A stretch of 64,000 nucleotides of DNA, taken from Mobula hypostoma. Its lineage: Eukaryota. Position numbers and translations under genes: made by a program. The notes under the pieces were generated by a model, which searched no databases, was not told the origin of the DNA, and was given only the letters and a program-made list of their open reading frames with translations. Position 1 is the first letter of the stretch, and every line of letters starts with the position of its first letter. Of the stretch, positions 12,701-24,400 are shown piece after piece. Location of the stretch: contig NC_086101.1 of the NCBI RefSeq assembly GCF_963921235.1, positions 31,496,001 to 31,560,000 of the forward strand, given 5' to 3'.

Positions 12701-13940
12701 AAACTGAAGGTCTACAGAACCGTGGTAATCACTGCCCTCCTGTATGCCTGTGAAACGTGGACTGTGTATTGAAGGCATGCAGGACAGCTCAACCATTTCC
12801 ACATGACTTGTCTTCGCAGAATATTAGACATCAGGTGGCAAGACAAAGTACCAGACACTGAAATTCTCTCTAGGGCAAGTCTACCATCAGTCCACACACT
12901 GCTGATGAGAGCACAGACCCGGTGGGCAGGTCATGTCATCCGCATGCCGGACGAGCGCATACCCAAGCAGCTCCTTTTTGGGGAACTCTCTGCTGGAAGA
13001 CACTCGCAAGGAGGGCAAAAGAAACATTACAATGACACACTAAAGGCCTCCCTGAAGTAATTTGACATAGACACGGCCTCCTGGCACAAAACTGCCTTGC
13101 TTGGCGCGGCCTCATCCACAAGGGCTGTCAAGTTTACGAGGCAAGGCACATTGCTGAAGCACAACATAAGCGCGAGCTGCGCAAGTCCAGACCCACCAGC
13201 GCAACAACTGCAGTGCCTACACACGTCTGCCCAACATGTGCCAGGACATCCCGTGCCAGAATTGGCCTGACTAGTCATCTTTGGACACACCACATCCAGT
13301 CTCAAAGTGACTAATGATGTCGAGGTCTTCATCGATGACGATGGACGAACCATACAAGAAAGTAATAATACAGCTATATAAATCTTCAGACAAACTGCAC
13401 TTGGAGTATTGCGTGTGGTTCTGGTCATCCCCTGAAAGGAAGGATGTGGAAACTGTGGAGAGGGTACAGATGAGGTTTACCAGGATGCTGCTTGAATTAG
13501 AGGTATGAGCTATAAGGAAAGGTTAGACGACTTGAGCTGTCCTTCCTGGAATGTTGGATGCTTAAGGGAGACTTGATAGAGGATTTTAAAATTATGAGGG
13601 TCATAGATAGGGTGGATATTCTGAACCTTTTCCCCAGGGTAGAAATATAAATGCCAAAGGACATGCTTTTAAGGTTTTAGGGTTGAAGATTAGATGTGAT
13701 ATGAGGGACTAGTCTTTTACACAGAGGTAGGTACTTGGAATAGGTTACCAGGAATAGTGGTGGAAGCAGGCAGTTTGATGAAGTTTAAGAAGTTTTTGGA
13801 CAGACACATGAATATGAAGGGAATGGAGGAATATGGATGATACATAGGAAGAGGACATTGAACATCATTTGTTATCAAGACCATTGTGGGCCAAAGGGCC
13901 TGTCCAGTGCTGTACCTATTTTCTAAGTCTTATATTCTAT
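9800..13940 (+). mobile_element. CR1 fragment split by the RTE insertion (pieces ~9800-10273 and ~13356-13940)
   Basis: CR1 ORF2 motifs continue across the insertion (CEMLHIG before; HLEYCVWFWS and ERVQMRFTRML after). Confidence 0.8.
10298..13355 (+). mobile_element. 5'-truncated RTE-clade LINE (endonuclease + RT), inactivated by a few stops and frameshifts
   Basis: YTFFW, GVGFA, SAYAPT, DKFYEEL, GDFNARVG-like, WTDHRL, FVDLTKAFDTV, NGIKQGCVL and LFANDCAL motifs. A 22-bp target-site duplication (aagaaagt(c/a)ataatacagctat) lies at 10252-10273 and 13356-13377. Confidence 0.93.
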
Positions 13941-13944
13941 GTTC

Positions 13945-15215
13945 TATGTCATGTCCATATCCTCCCATTCTCTACACATCCTTCTGCCTGTCTGGGACAC
14001 TCTTAAATGCTTCTGTCGTATCTGCGTCCACCACCACATTGGGCAGAACATTGCAGACACACACAACTCTTCTGGTAAAACATTTCCCCACACTTTTTCT
14101 TTAAACTTACCCCCTCTCATCTTAAATGCATGCCCTCTAATATAGGGCATTGCAACCCCGGGAAAAGATACTGGCTGTTTAATTTTAATCTACCACTCTC
14201 ATAATGTTATAAACATATTTGGGTTTCTCCCCAGCCTCTTCTGCTCCAGAGAAAACAACACGAGTTTGTCCAACCTCGTCTTATTCTCCATACCCTGAAC
14301 TCCAGGCTGCATCCTTTGCCTATCATTCGATAGGCAGTAAATCTCTTCTGCATCCTATCCAATGCCTCCAGACCCTTCCTATAATGCGGTGACCAGAAAT
14401 GAATGAAAGATGCCAGATGTGATCTAACCAGAAATTTATAAAATTGCAACATAACATCCTCACTCTTGAACAGAATTCCTCAACTAATAAAGGCAAAAAT
14501 GCCATTTGACTTGTTTACCACTCTATCAGCCAATGCAACCGCCTACAGGGAGCAATGGACTTGGACCCCAAGATCCCTCTGTATATTAACGCTGTTAATT
14601 ATGTACTGTCATCTTACATTTGATCTCCCAAGGTGCAATCTTGTCTGTGTTAAACACAATTTCTCTGCCTGCATCTGCAGCTGATCTATACTGTATTAAT
14701 CCTGTTGTATCCTTTAGCAATCTTCCACAGTATCTAGAATTCCAACAATTTTTGTATTGTCTGCAAACTTAATGACCCACCCATGTTCATTTCCATCTGA
14801 GTCTTTTATGTACACCACAAATAGTGGAAGTGCCAGTACAGATCCCTGTGGAATACCACAGTTACAGACCTCCAGCCGGAGTAAGCTCCATCAAATGCAA
14901 CCATCTGTCTTCTACCTGCAAGCCAATTCTGAGTCCAACTAGCTAAGGCACCATGGATCCTATGTGTTTTAAACTTCTGAATGAGCTTCAATGAAGAACC
15001 TTGTCAAATGCCTTACTAAAATTCTTATGGACAACATCCAATCTTTACCTTCTTCATCTTTGTTACCTCCTCAAAAAATACAATCAAGTTAGTAAGATAT
15101 GACCTGCCCTGAACAAAGCCATACTGATGGTTGCTAATGAGTCCATGGTTTTCCGAATGCTCATAAATCCTCTTGCTACAAATCCTCTCCAATAGCTTCA
15201 TGACCACTTCCCTAT
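13945..15215 (-). mobile_element. Decayed CR1 ORF2 3' half
   Basis: ISNHQYGFVQGRSYLTNLIVFFEEVT, HGALASWTQNWLAGRRQMV and LVRSHLAS.IHFWSPHYRK in listed ORFs. Confidence 0.88.
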
Positions 15216-15232
15216 CACTAGTACATACTTAC

Positions 15233-15304
15233 CTGTCAGTCATCCCTGCTGCACACCAGAGCCAGTCATGGTGCCACTGATCCAGCTGCTGCTGATGTTT
15301 CCTC
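15233..15304 (-). other. Candidate 72-nt orphan exon
   Basis: Acceptor tttgtgttcctcctag and donor CAG/GTAAGT flank non-repetitive sequence. No recognisable protein. Confidence 0.3.
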
Positions 15305-15959
15305 CTAGGAGGAACACAAAGATCCACTGATACCATGAGCCAAACAGAAGTCAGCCTATGTGTTTCTGGGGTTGAACCAGTGGTGAACACAAAATGGACG
15401 TTATCAAGAAATTCTAGTTGTTGGAAAACTGGACCAAAACAGAAAATGCTGGAAACACTCAGCAGGTCAGGGACCATCTGTGGCGAGAGAACTGGTTCAT
15501 GTTCCATGTCAAGAACTTTCATTGGATCGCAAAGAGAGATTTTTAAAAAGGGTAAATTTTAAGTTGCAGGCAGGTTATGCATTCATGTAGTCTTATTGTC
15601 ATATAGCACAGATACAGGCCATGATGTTCATGCTGACCATTATGTACCCATCTACACTAAACATAGGACCAGCATTTGATCTGTAACCTTCTATCCCTCA
15701 CTGATTCCAGAGTTCATGCAGATGCTTTTTAAATGTTATGAGAATCTCTGCCTCCACCATCCCTCAGTAGAGTGTCCCAGGTTGTAACCACCCTCTGGAG
15801 ATAAATATCTGCCTGAGATGTCCTCTCAACCTTGTACCGGTGATCCTGAATCAATGGCCTCTAGTTCCACATACTTCTGCAAGCCGTCTCCTTGTGAATC
15901 ACCTCTGCGCCCTCTTCAGCAATCGCATCCTTCTAATGGTGTAGGAGGGTAGAAAGTGT

Positions 15960-16500
15960 GGAAGAACGGACAGAATAAAGGGAATATCTATGATAAGGTG
16001 AGACTGGACCCAAATGTACTAATGGGGCCACTGGAGGCAGATTGTACTTCTTTGTCAATGTTATCTGTTGCTAATAGCAACTAAGTGGCCACCCATCCTG
16101 TGTTTGGTTTCTCCAGCACAGAGGAGACCATACTGTGGTACATCAGATGAGAAGAGGTACAAGTGAACCTCCGCTTCACTTGGAAAGACTGTCTGGATCC
16201 CTGGATGGAGGGAAGGGATGATTTGCATGGGAAGGGGTGTAGGTGTGGATGGAAGGGTGCAGCAGGGAGTCATGATGAGAACAGTCCCTTTGCAGTGCAG
16301 AAAGGGGAGAAGAAAGATATGTGTCTGGTGATGAAAAATATGAAAATTGTAAGGATGATGTGTCGAATGTGGAGGCTGGTGTGATGCACGTGAGGACCAG
16401 GAAGCTACTATCTTTGTGCTGTGCAGAAGGAGAGGGATTCAGAGCAGAGTGCGGGATGTGGATAACACCGTCATAACCATACCTCCATCGTGTATGGTTA
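15960..16500 (-). mobile_element. Penelope-like GIY-YIG 3' fragment
   Basis: Reverse-strand homologue of 6850-7990 (PQYGLLCAGETKHRMG). Confidence 0.7.
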
Positions 16501-16554
16501 AATACTGAGAAGCAGCGGACTGTAATAGCGAGCAAAAGCTCCTTTACTGCTTAC

Positions 16555-17095
16555 ACTGTGGTGGTGGTTGTCCATCGTGTCCAACAATGGCAGGAAGCCT
16601 GCGTAGGAAAGTTATCAAAGTGGAAAAGCCATTGCACTGGGGCAGGACCACTCTCGAGGTCAGAAGTCCAAGTCAAGTGGGACAAACTAGCGTCACAGAC
16701 TGAGGTCTTCCTGGATTGCAGTGGATGACCATGACGCCTTCTGTCCCTTGTCATGCCTATCTCTCTCCATGGAGCATTGCAATACCACCTTGCTGGATGT
16801 TGGATCTCACTGGAGATCTCACTTGCCCAGTCCACCAGAGCTGACTTCACATGCTGGGGAAGCACATCCCTAGCTTACCGGGGTATGAAACCACTGTATA
16901 CCCTCACCTGATTTAGTTCACCTGTTGAAGTGGTGTACCAGGGTGTGGCCACTGTTGCATGCAAACAGATAATTGTAGCTACAGGTGAGAGCTGAATGTC
17001 GAATGGGGACTAAAGGTGAGTGTGCTGCCCCAGAATGGACACGACAAGCCCCTACACCAGAGGTTCTACTGTTCTCTGGACATCCCACACAGCCC
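16555..17095 (+). mobile_element. RTE-type 5' UTR fragment / non-autonomous derivative
   Basis: Begins gtggtggtggttgtccatcgtgtc and contains ggatgaccatgac, features I associate with RTE 5' ends. No ORF. Confidence 0.5.
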
Positions 17096-17171
17096 ACTTA
17101 GAATGTAACAAGATTTAGAACAGAATTTAACTGGCCAATTAGCGATGCACTCTATACTGGGAAGAAAATCC

Positions 17172-17359
17172 TTAAATAGTCCAATGAGATGTAAACTGGA
17201 AAGCCCCTAGATCATGTTCAGGCATGTTGAAACTGGTTGATTAAAATTATCTGTTGATTTGCTCAACAGTAACTCCACCTCAGTTGCCACCATCACCTAA
17301 TGAGAGGGATGATCTCGCAGGCGTCACAGCTGCTGGCTAAAATGGATCAGTGAGAGTCT
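17172..17359 (-). promoter_or_regulatory. S-X-Y module 2 with downstream NF-kB site, second CCAAT and TATA-like box
   Basis: S-like AGACTCT (17359-17353), 15-bp spacer, X GCCAGCAGCTGTG with X2 TGACGCC, 20 bp, then mutated Y CTCATTAG (17304-17297). GGGGCTTTCC at 17207-17198, ATTGG at 17185-17181, TATTTAA at 17178-17172. Confidence 0.65.
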
Positions 17360-17589
17360 GAAATAGCTGGATTCAATTAGATTAGTTTATTGTCATGAAC
17401 ACCAGAAAGCAATGAAATTCTTTGCTCGCATGAAGCTAAAAGTGTAAACAGTGGAATTAGTAATAATAAATACAAAAATAAATACATCACCGAGCACAAA
17501 ATAACAGGGTGGTTCAGGGTTGCCCATGCTCCCCTGTCTTGTGTAGAGCCCCTTGCCAAGGCCTCAGGAAGGACGAGAACATAAGAGGT

Positions 17590-18570
17590 GTGACACTACC
17601 GGACAGTGGAAGGACCCAAGTGAAAACCATGTCATTGTCTTCTGCTCATATCTGTAGTCAGTTTGCAGAGTGATCAGCATCTGTGACCAGACTGAGTTGG
17701 CATCAGGGGCCAGGGTTAACCACACAAAGAGCAGGACCATGCTCTGCAGCAACTGGCCAGACTGATCCAGTGTCCCCTTCACCATCAGGTCCGATTATGT
17801 GAAGGTGCTGGGGATCTAGTTTGCAACAAGAATTGGCTGGAGTGGACTGGGGAGGTAAACAGAAATTGGGACTTTGGGGAGGGAGTCCCTGTCGGTAACT
17901 AGGAAGAACCTGGTCAGAGGTGCTCTCAGAGCTGCTGTACTTGGCACAGGTGTGGCCCATGCCCCACTCCTCCAGCTCAGCAGTCACCCGAGCTGTCTTC
18001 AGGTTAATCTGGAGATCCAGGATGGAGTGGGTCAGCTGAATCACAATGCACGTGTCCCTGGACAATTGGGGCAAAATATACCCAATGTCTCCTTCATCCT
18101 AATGACCACCTCTGTGTGTGGCTGCATCAGGCTGTACGTGGAACCTAAATACGTGGGCACCAAGTGCCACAACATGCCAACATTCTCCCTGTCCCCGGTG
18201 TCGTGAAGGAGGGGTTTGGCCCGGTTGCCGCGCAACATCCCAGTCAGCAGGATGGTGCCGCAGTACCTGTCCTTCATGGAAGGTTCATCAAGACCAATAC
18301 CTCTGACGACAAGGCCGTCAGCCAGTGGTCAGCATGGAACATCCTGCTGGCACTGAAGGAGAAGAATCTATGGATGCTGTGGGGGGGTTTCCTGAGCAGA
18401 CTGTCCAAATCTATCGTCAGAATGTCTCATCACCAAGCCTCACCTACAGGCACCAAGACCTCACCTGGCTGGAGGTGAGAAGAGCCCTCCCAGTCAGATC
18501 CTTCCTGCATGCTCGGAGAATCATCTGCACAACGCCCTGACCATGTGATGACTGCACTGGGAAAGAGACA
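17590..18570 (+). mobile_element. Tx1 LINE ORF2 internal fragment
   Basis: DYVKVLG, KLGLW.G.SLS, KNLV, NIPNV..ILMTT.VCGCIRL.VEPKYVGTKCH and HQDLTWL.VRRALPVRSFLHAR. Confidence 0.85.
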
Positions 18571-18904
18571 GTAGCTACACACACAAAATGCTGGGGGAAC
18601 TCCGCAGGCCAGGCAGCATCTATGGAAAAGAGTAAACAGTTGACATTTCAGACTGAGGCCCTTTCAGCATCTGCTTCTCATGTTTGTAGAGACAGTAGCT
18701 TACTTCCTTGCACATTATGGATTTGTGAAGAAATTAGGATTTGTGAAGAAATTATGGAGAAAGGTCCTGTGTCTGTTTTATCCTGAGCAGCTGTGTAACA
18801 GAGGACTCTCTGATCTATAGGCTGTTCCCAGGGATGCACACAGAGACAGACATCAAGTGCAGCTGGCAGATCATCCACTCCAGCGTGTGATGATCTTTGG
18901 TCAG

Positions 18905-20690
18905 CCCTCTGATTTTTGAATTTTCTCTGCATCTAGAAAATAGTCTCTGTCTTTATTTCTTCTACCAATGTGCGGGACCATCTACTTCCCTACACTCTAT
19001 TCCATCTTCCACTCTTTTGCCCATTCTCTCCATCTGTCAGTCCTCCTACAGATTCCCTGTTTCTTCAACACTACCAGCCCCTCCACCTATCCTCATATCA
19101 TCTGCAAACTTGGCCACAAAGTCATCAATTTCATCATCCAAATCTTTGATATGTAACGTGAAAAGAAACAATTCCAGCACCGATCCCTGTGGAAACTACT
19201 AATCACCAGCAGTCAACTAGAAAAGGCCCCGTTTATTCCCACTCTTTGCTTCCTGCCAATCAGCCAATCTTCTATCTTCCCTGTAATACCATGGGCTCTT
19301 ATCTTGTGAAGCAGTCTCATGTGTGACACCTTGCCAAAGACCTTCTGAAAATCCAAATAAACAACATCCATTGATTATCCTTTATCATCCTGCCCGTTAT
19401 TTCTTCAAAAAATTCCAACAGATTTTTCAGGCAAGATTTCTCCTTCAGAAAACCTTGCTGACTTTGATCTGTTTTATCATGTTTCTCCAAGTACATCTCC
19501 ACATCCTCAAGTTCCTCCTAGTCCATAATAATGGACTCCAACGTCTTCCCAACCTCTGAAGGTAGGCTAACTGGTCTATAATTTTCTTCCTTCTACCTCC
19601 ATCCCTTCTTAAAGAGTGGAGTGACATTTGCAATATTCCGATCTTCCGGAACCATTCCAGAATCTAGTGATTCTTGAACTATCATTACTAATACCTCCAC
19701 AATCTCTTCAGCTACCTCTTTCAGAACCCTGGTATGTAGTCCATCTTGTCCAGGTGACTGAACTACTTTCAGACCTTGCAGCTTCCCAAGCACCTTCTCC
19801 TTAGCAATAGCAATGGCACACACTTCTGCTCGCAACACTCTCAAATTTCTAGCATCTGTTGGTGTCTTCCACAGTGAAGACTGATGAAAAATAAAGTTCA
19901 TCCCCCATTCATTGTCCCCCATTACTTCCTCTCCAGTGTCATTATCCAGCACACTAATATCTACTCTCTCCTCTCTTTTACTCTTTATATATCTGAAAAA
20001 TTATATCCTCTTTTAATACTATTGGCTAGCTTACCTTTATAGTTCAAGTTTTGTCTTGTTATGGCACTTTTTTATTTGCCCTCTGTTGCATTTTAAAGCA
20101 TCTCAATTCCCTAACTTTCTAGTAATTCTTACGATATTATATGCCCTCTCTTTTGTTTTTATGCTGTTATAGACAGAGTCATAGAAAAGTACAACACAGA
20201 AACAGGCTCTTTGGCCCATCTCGTCCATGTCAAACTATTTAAACTGCCTAGACCCATTGATGTGCACCGGAACCATAACCATCTATATTTCTACCATCCA
20301 TGTACCTATCCAAACCTCTCTTGAATGTTGAAATTGAGACCACATGCACCACTTGTGCTGGCAGCTCGTTGCACACTCTCACGACTCTCTGAGTGAAGAC
20401 ATTTTCCTCATGTTCCCCTTAAATTTTTGCACCTTTCATCCTTAAAACATGACTTCCTGTTGTAGTCCCAACTAACCACAGTAGAAGAGGCCTACTTGCA
20501 TTTACCCTATTTATACCCTCATAATTATTATATACTTCAATTAAATCACCCCTCAACTTCTAACTTCCAAGGAATAAAGTCCTAATCTATTCAACCTTTC
20601 CTCATAGATTAGGTCATCCAGTTCCAATAACACTCTCATAAATTTTCCCTGTACTGTGCTCTTCCAACTTCATTTACATCTTTCCTGTAG
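18905..20690 (-). mobile_element. Adjacent CR1 fragments (central ORF2 18905-20160; 3' end 20170-20690)
   Basis: QSQQGFLKEKSCLKNLLEFFEE, SPGQDGLHTRVLKEVAEEIV and DRNIANVTPLFKKG, plus a CR1 tail. Confidence 0.88.
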
Positions 20691-23043
20691 GTAAGGCAAT
20701 GGATGTAGTGTATATGGATTTCAGTAAGGCATTTGCTAAGGTTCCTCATGCAAAGCTCTTTCAGAAAGTAAGGAGGCATGGGATCCAAGGAGACCTTGCT
20801 TTGTGGATCCAGAACTGGCTTGCCCACAGAAGGCAAAGAGTGGTTGTAGATGGTTCATATTCTGCATGGATGAACCATGTCTACGCCCACCTGGACAAGC
20901 CAGTGAGCATGGTGAGGGTCATGTTTTTTGACTTCTCCAGTGCGTTCACCACCATCCGCCCTGCTCTGCTGGGGGAGAAGCTGACAGCGATGCAGGTGGA
21001 TGCTTTCCTGGTGTCATGGATTCTTGATTACCTGACTGGCAGACCACAGTACGTGTGCTTGCAACACTGTGTGTCCGACAGAGTGATCAGCAGCACTGGG
21101 GCTCCACAGGGGACTGTCTTGTCTCCCATTGTCTTCACCATTTACACCTCGGACTTCAACTACTGCACAGAGTCTTGTCATCTTCAGAAGTTTTCTGATG
21201 ACTCTGCCATAGTTGGATGCATCAGCAAGGGAGATGAGGCTGAGTACAGGGCTACAGTAGGAAAGTTTGTCACACGGTGTGAGTAGAATTATCTGCAGCC
21301 TAATGTGAAAAAGACTAAACAGCTGGTGGTAGACCTGAGGAGAGCTAAGGTACCGGTGACCCCTTTTTCCATCCAGGGGGTCAGTGTGGACATGGTGGAA
21401 GATTACAAATACCTGGGGATACGAATTGGCAATAAACTGGACTGGTCAAAGAACATTGAGGCTGTCTACAAGAAGGGTCAGAGCTGTCTCTATTTCCTGA
21501 GGAGACTGAGGTCCTTTAACATCTGCTGGACGATGCTGAGGATGTTCTACGAGTCTGTGGTGGCCAGTGCAATCATGTTTGCTGTTGTGTGCTGGGGCAG
21601 CAGGCTGAGGGTAGCAGACACCAACAGGATCAACAAACTCATTTGTAAGGCCAGTGATGTTGTGGGGATGGAACTGGACTCTCTGATGGTGGTGTCTGAA
21701 AAGAGGATGCTGTCCAAGTTGCATGCCATCTTGGACAATGTCTCCCATCCACTACATAATGGACTGGTTGAGCACAGGACTACATTCAGCCAGAGACTCA
21801 TTCCACCGAGATGCAACACAGAGCATCATAGGAGGTCATTCCTGCCTGTGGCCATCAAACTTTACAACTCCTCCCTTGGAGGGTCAGACACCCTGAGCCA
21901 ATAGGCTGGTCCTGGATTTATTTCCTGGCATAATTTACATATTACTATTTAATTATTTATGGTTTTATTACTATTTAATTATTTATGGTTTTATTACTAT
22001 TTAATTATTTATGGTGCAACTGTAACGAAAACCAATTTCCCTCGGGATCAATAAAGTATGACTATGACTATGACTATGGTGACCAGTGGTGTTCTGCATG
22101 GATCTGTTCTGGGATCCCTTCTCTTTGAGATTTTTATAAATGTCCTGGATGACGAAGTAGAAGGATGAGTTAGTAAGTTTGTTGATAACACAGAAGTTGG
22201 AAGGTGGTGTGATAGTCTGGGGGTTGTCAGAGTCTACAGCGGGACATTGATAGGATGCAGAACTGGGCTGAGAAGTGGCATATGGAGTTCAACCCAGATA
22301 AGTGTGAAGTGGTTCATTTTGGTAGGTCAAATTTGATGACAGAATATTAATAGTAAGACTCTTGGCAGTGTGGAGGATCATAGATCTTGGGTCCATGTCC
22401 AAAGGGCACTCAAAGCTGCTGCGCAGGTGGACAGTGTTGTTAAGAAGGTATTTGGCGTGATGGTCTTCATCCACCATGGGATTGAGTTCGAGAACCATGG
22501 GGTAATGTTACAGCTATACAAGACCTTGGTCAGACCCCACTTGGAGTACTTTGTTCAGTTCTGGTCACCTTACTACAGGAAGGATGTGGATACTGTAGAG
22601 AGAGTGCAGAGGAGATTTACAAGGATGTTGCCTAGATTGGTGAGCATGCCTTATGAGAATAGGTTGAGTGAACTTGGTGTTTTCTCTTTGGAGCGACAGA
22701 GTATAAAAGGTGTATAAGATGAAGAGAGGTATTAACCATGTGGATAGCTAGAGGCTTTTTCCCAGGGCTGAAATGGCTAACATGAGGGGGTATAGTTTTA
22801 AGGTGCTTGGAAGTAGGCACAGAGGGGATGTCAGGGGTAAGTTTTTCACACAGAGAGTGGCGACAGTGGTAGAGGCAGATACAATCAGGTCTTTTAAGAG
22901 TCTCTTAGGTAGGTACATGGAGCTTAGAAAAATAGAGGGCTATGCAGTAGGGACATTCAAGGCAGTTTCTAGTGTAGGTTACATGGTCAGCACAACATTG
23001 TGTGCCAAAGGGCATGTAATGTGCTGTAGATTTCTATGTTCCA
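20690..23043 (+). mobile_element. CR1 3' half split by the Rex1 insertion (20690-20870 and 22078-23043)
   Basis: MDVVYMDFSKAF...GSYSAW stops at 20870. VTSGV resumes at 22078, followed by LVRPHLEYFVQFW. Confidence 0.9.
20871..22077 (+). mobile_element. 5'-truncated Rex1 (Rex1/Babar) LINE, nearly intact RT 3' portion
   Basis: RVMFFDFSSAFTTIRP, TGAPQGTVLSP, CHLQKFSDDSAIVGCI and KGQSCLYFLRRLRSF. AATAAA followed by a (tatgac)n tail. One stop near 21286. Confidence 0.93.
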
Positions 23044-23044
23044 C

Positions 23045-24400
23045 GTAGGTGACAAAAACTGCACACAATACTGCAAATTAGCCTCACCACCTCACCAACA
23101 TCTTATACAACTTTAAGATAACATTCTCTTTCATGTACTCAGCACTGATTAATAAAGGCCGATGTGCCAAAAGCACATCCCTTTTGTTCTGCAGCACACT
23201 TTGATGCCCTACTGTTCACTCTGTATGACCTACCCTGGTTGGTCCTATCGAAGTGTAATAGCTTGCACTCATCTGCCATTTCTCATCTCATTTTTCTATC
23301 TGGTCCAGATCCCACTGCAAGCTCTGATAGTCTTCTTCGCTAACGACTACATCCCTAATCTTGATATCATCTGTAAATTTGCTGATCCACTTAACCACAT
23401 TGTCAATCAGATCACTGAGGTCATTGACAAACAACAGACCCAGCACCAATCCCTGTGGCACTCGACTAGTCACAGGCCTCCAGATCCTTTTGCTCTTAAC
23501 ATATCTGTAGAATCCCTTAGGGTTCTCCTTCACCTTGTCAGCTAGGGAACCCTCATGCCTCCTTTTAGCGGCCCTGATTTTTTTCTTGTATTCTCTTGCA
23601 TTTTGTACACTCCATAAGTATTCATTTGGTCCTACCTGCCTATACCTGATATGCACCTCCTTCTTTTTCTTAACCAGGGTCTCAATATCTCTCGAAACCT
23701 AAACCTGTTATCTTTACCTTTTATCTTGACAAGGATATACAATCTTTGTACTCTCAAAATTTCACTTTTGAAGGTCTTCCACTCACCCAGTGCACCTTCG
23801 CCAAAAACCAGCCTGTCCCAATCCAGACTCGCCAAATCCTTTCTGATACCATCAAAATCAGCCTTTCTCCAATTTAGAACCTCAACCCATGGACCAGACC
23901 TTTACTTTTGCAAATTTACTTTGAAACTAATGGCATTGTGATCACTATTTGCAAAGTATTCCACTACACAAACATCTGTCACCAGCCATTTCTCTTTCCC
24001 TAATAGCAGATCAAGTATCACATACTCTCTCAGTGGGACTTCAGAGTGCAGATTAAAGAATCTTTCCTGAACACATTTGACAAACTCTATCCCATCCAGT
24101 CCCAATCAATATGTGCAAAGTTATAATCGCCTACTACCATAAACTTATGTTTCTTGCAACAGTCTGTGATCTCCTACAAATCTGTTCCTGTAAATTCCAA
24201 GGACTATTGGGTGATCTACAACATAGCCCTATTAACATGACCATACCTTTCTTATTCCTCAGTTCCACCCATAAAGCCTCACCAGATGAGTTCTCCAGAC
24301 TGTCCCGAATGACTACTGCCATGACATTTTCCCTGACTAGTAATGCCATCCATCTCACTTCAATCCATTCTGCCCCCAGATATCCTCGACCTACTGCAAT
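23045..24400 (-). mobile_element. Decayed, internally deleted CR1 ORF2 fragments
   Basis: KENPKGFYRYVKSK, SRVPQGLVLG and WISKFTDDIK, plus endonuclease motifs ALWVELRNKKG and DHNAISF. Confidence 0.8.
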
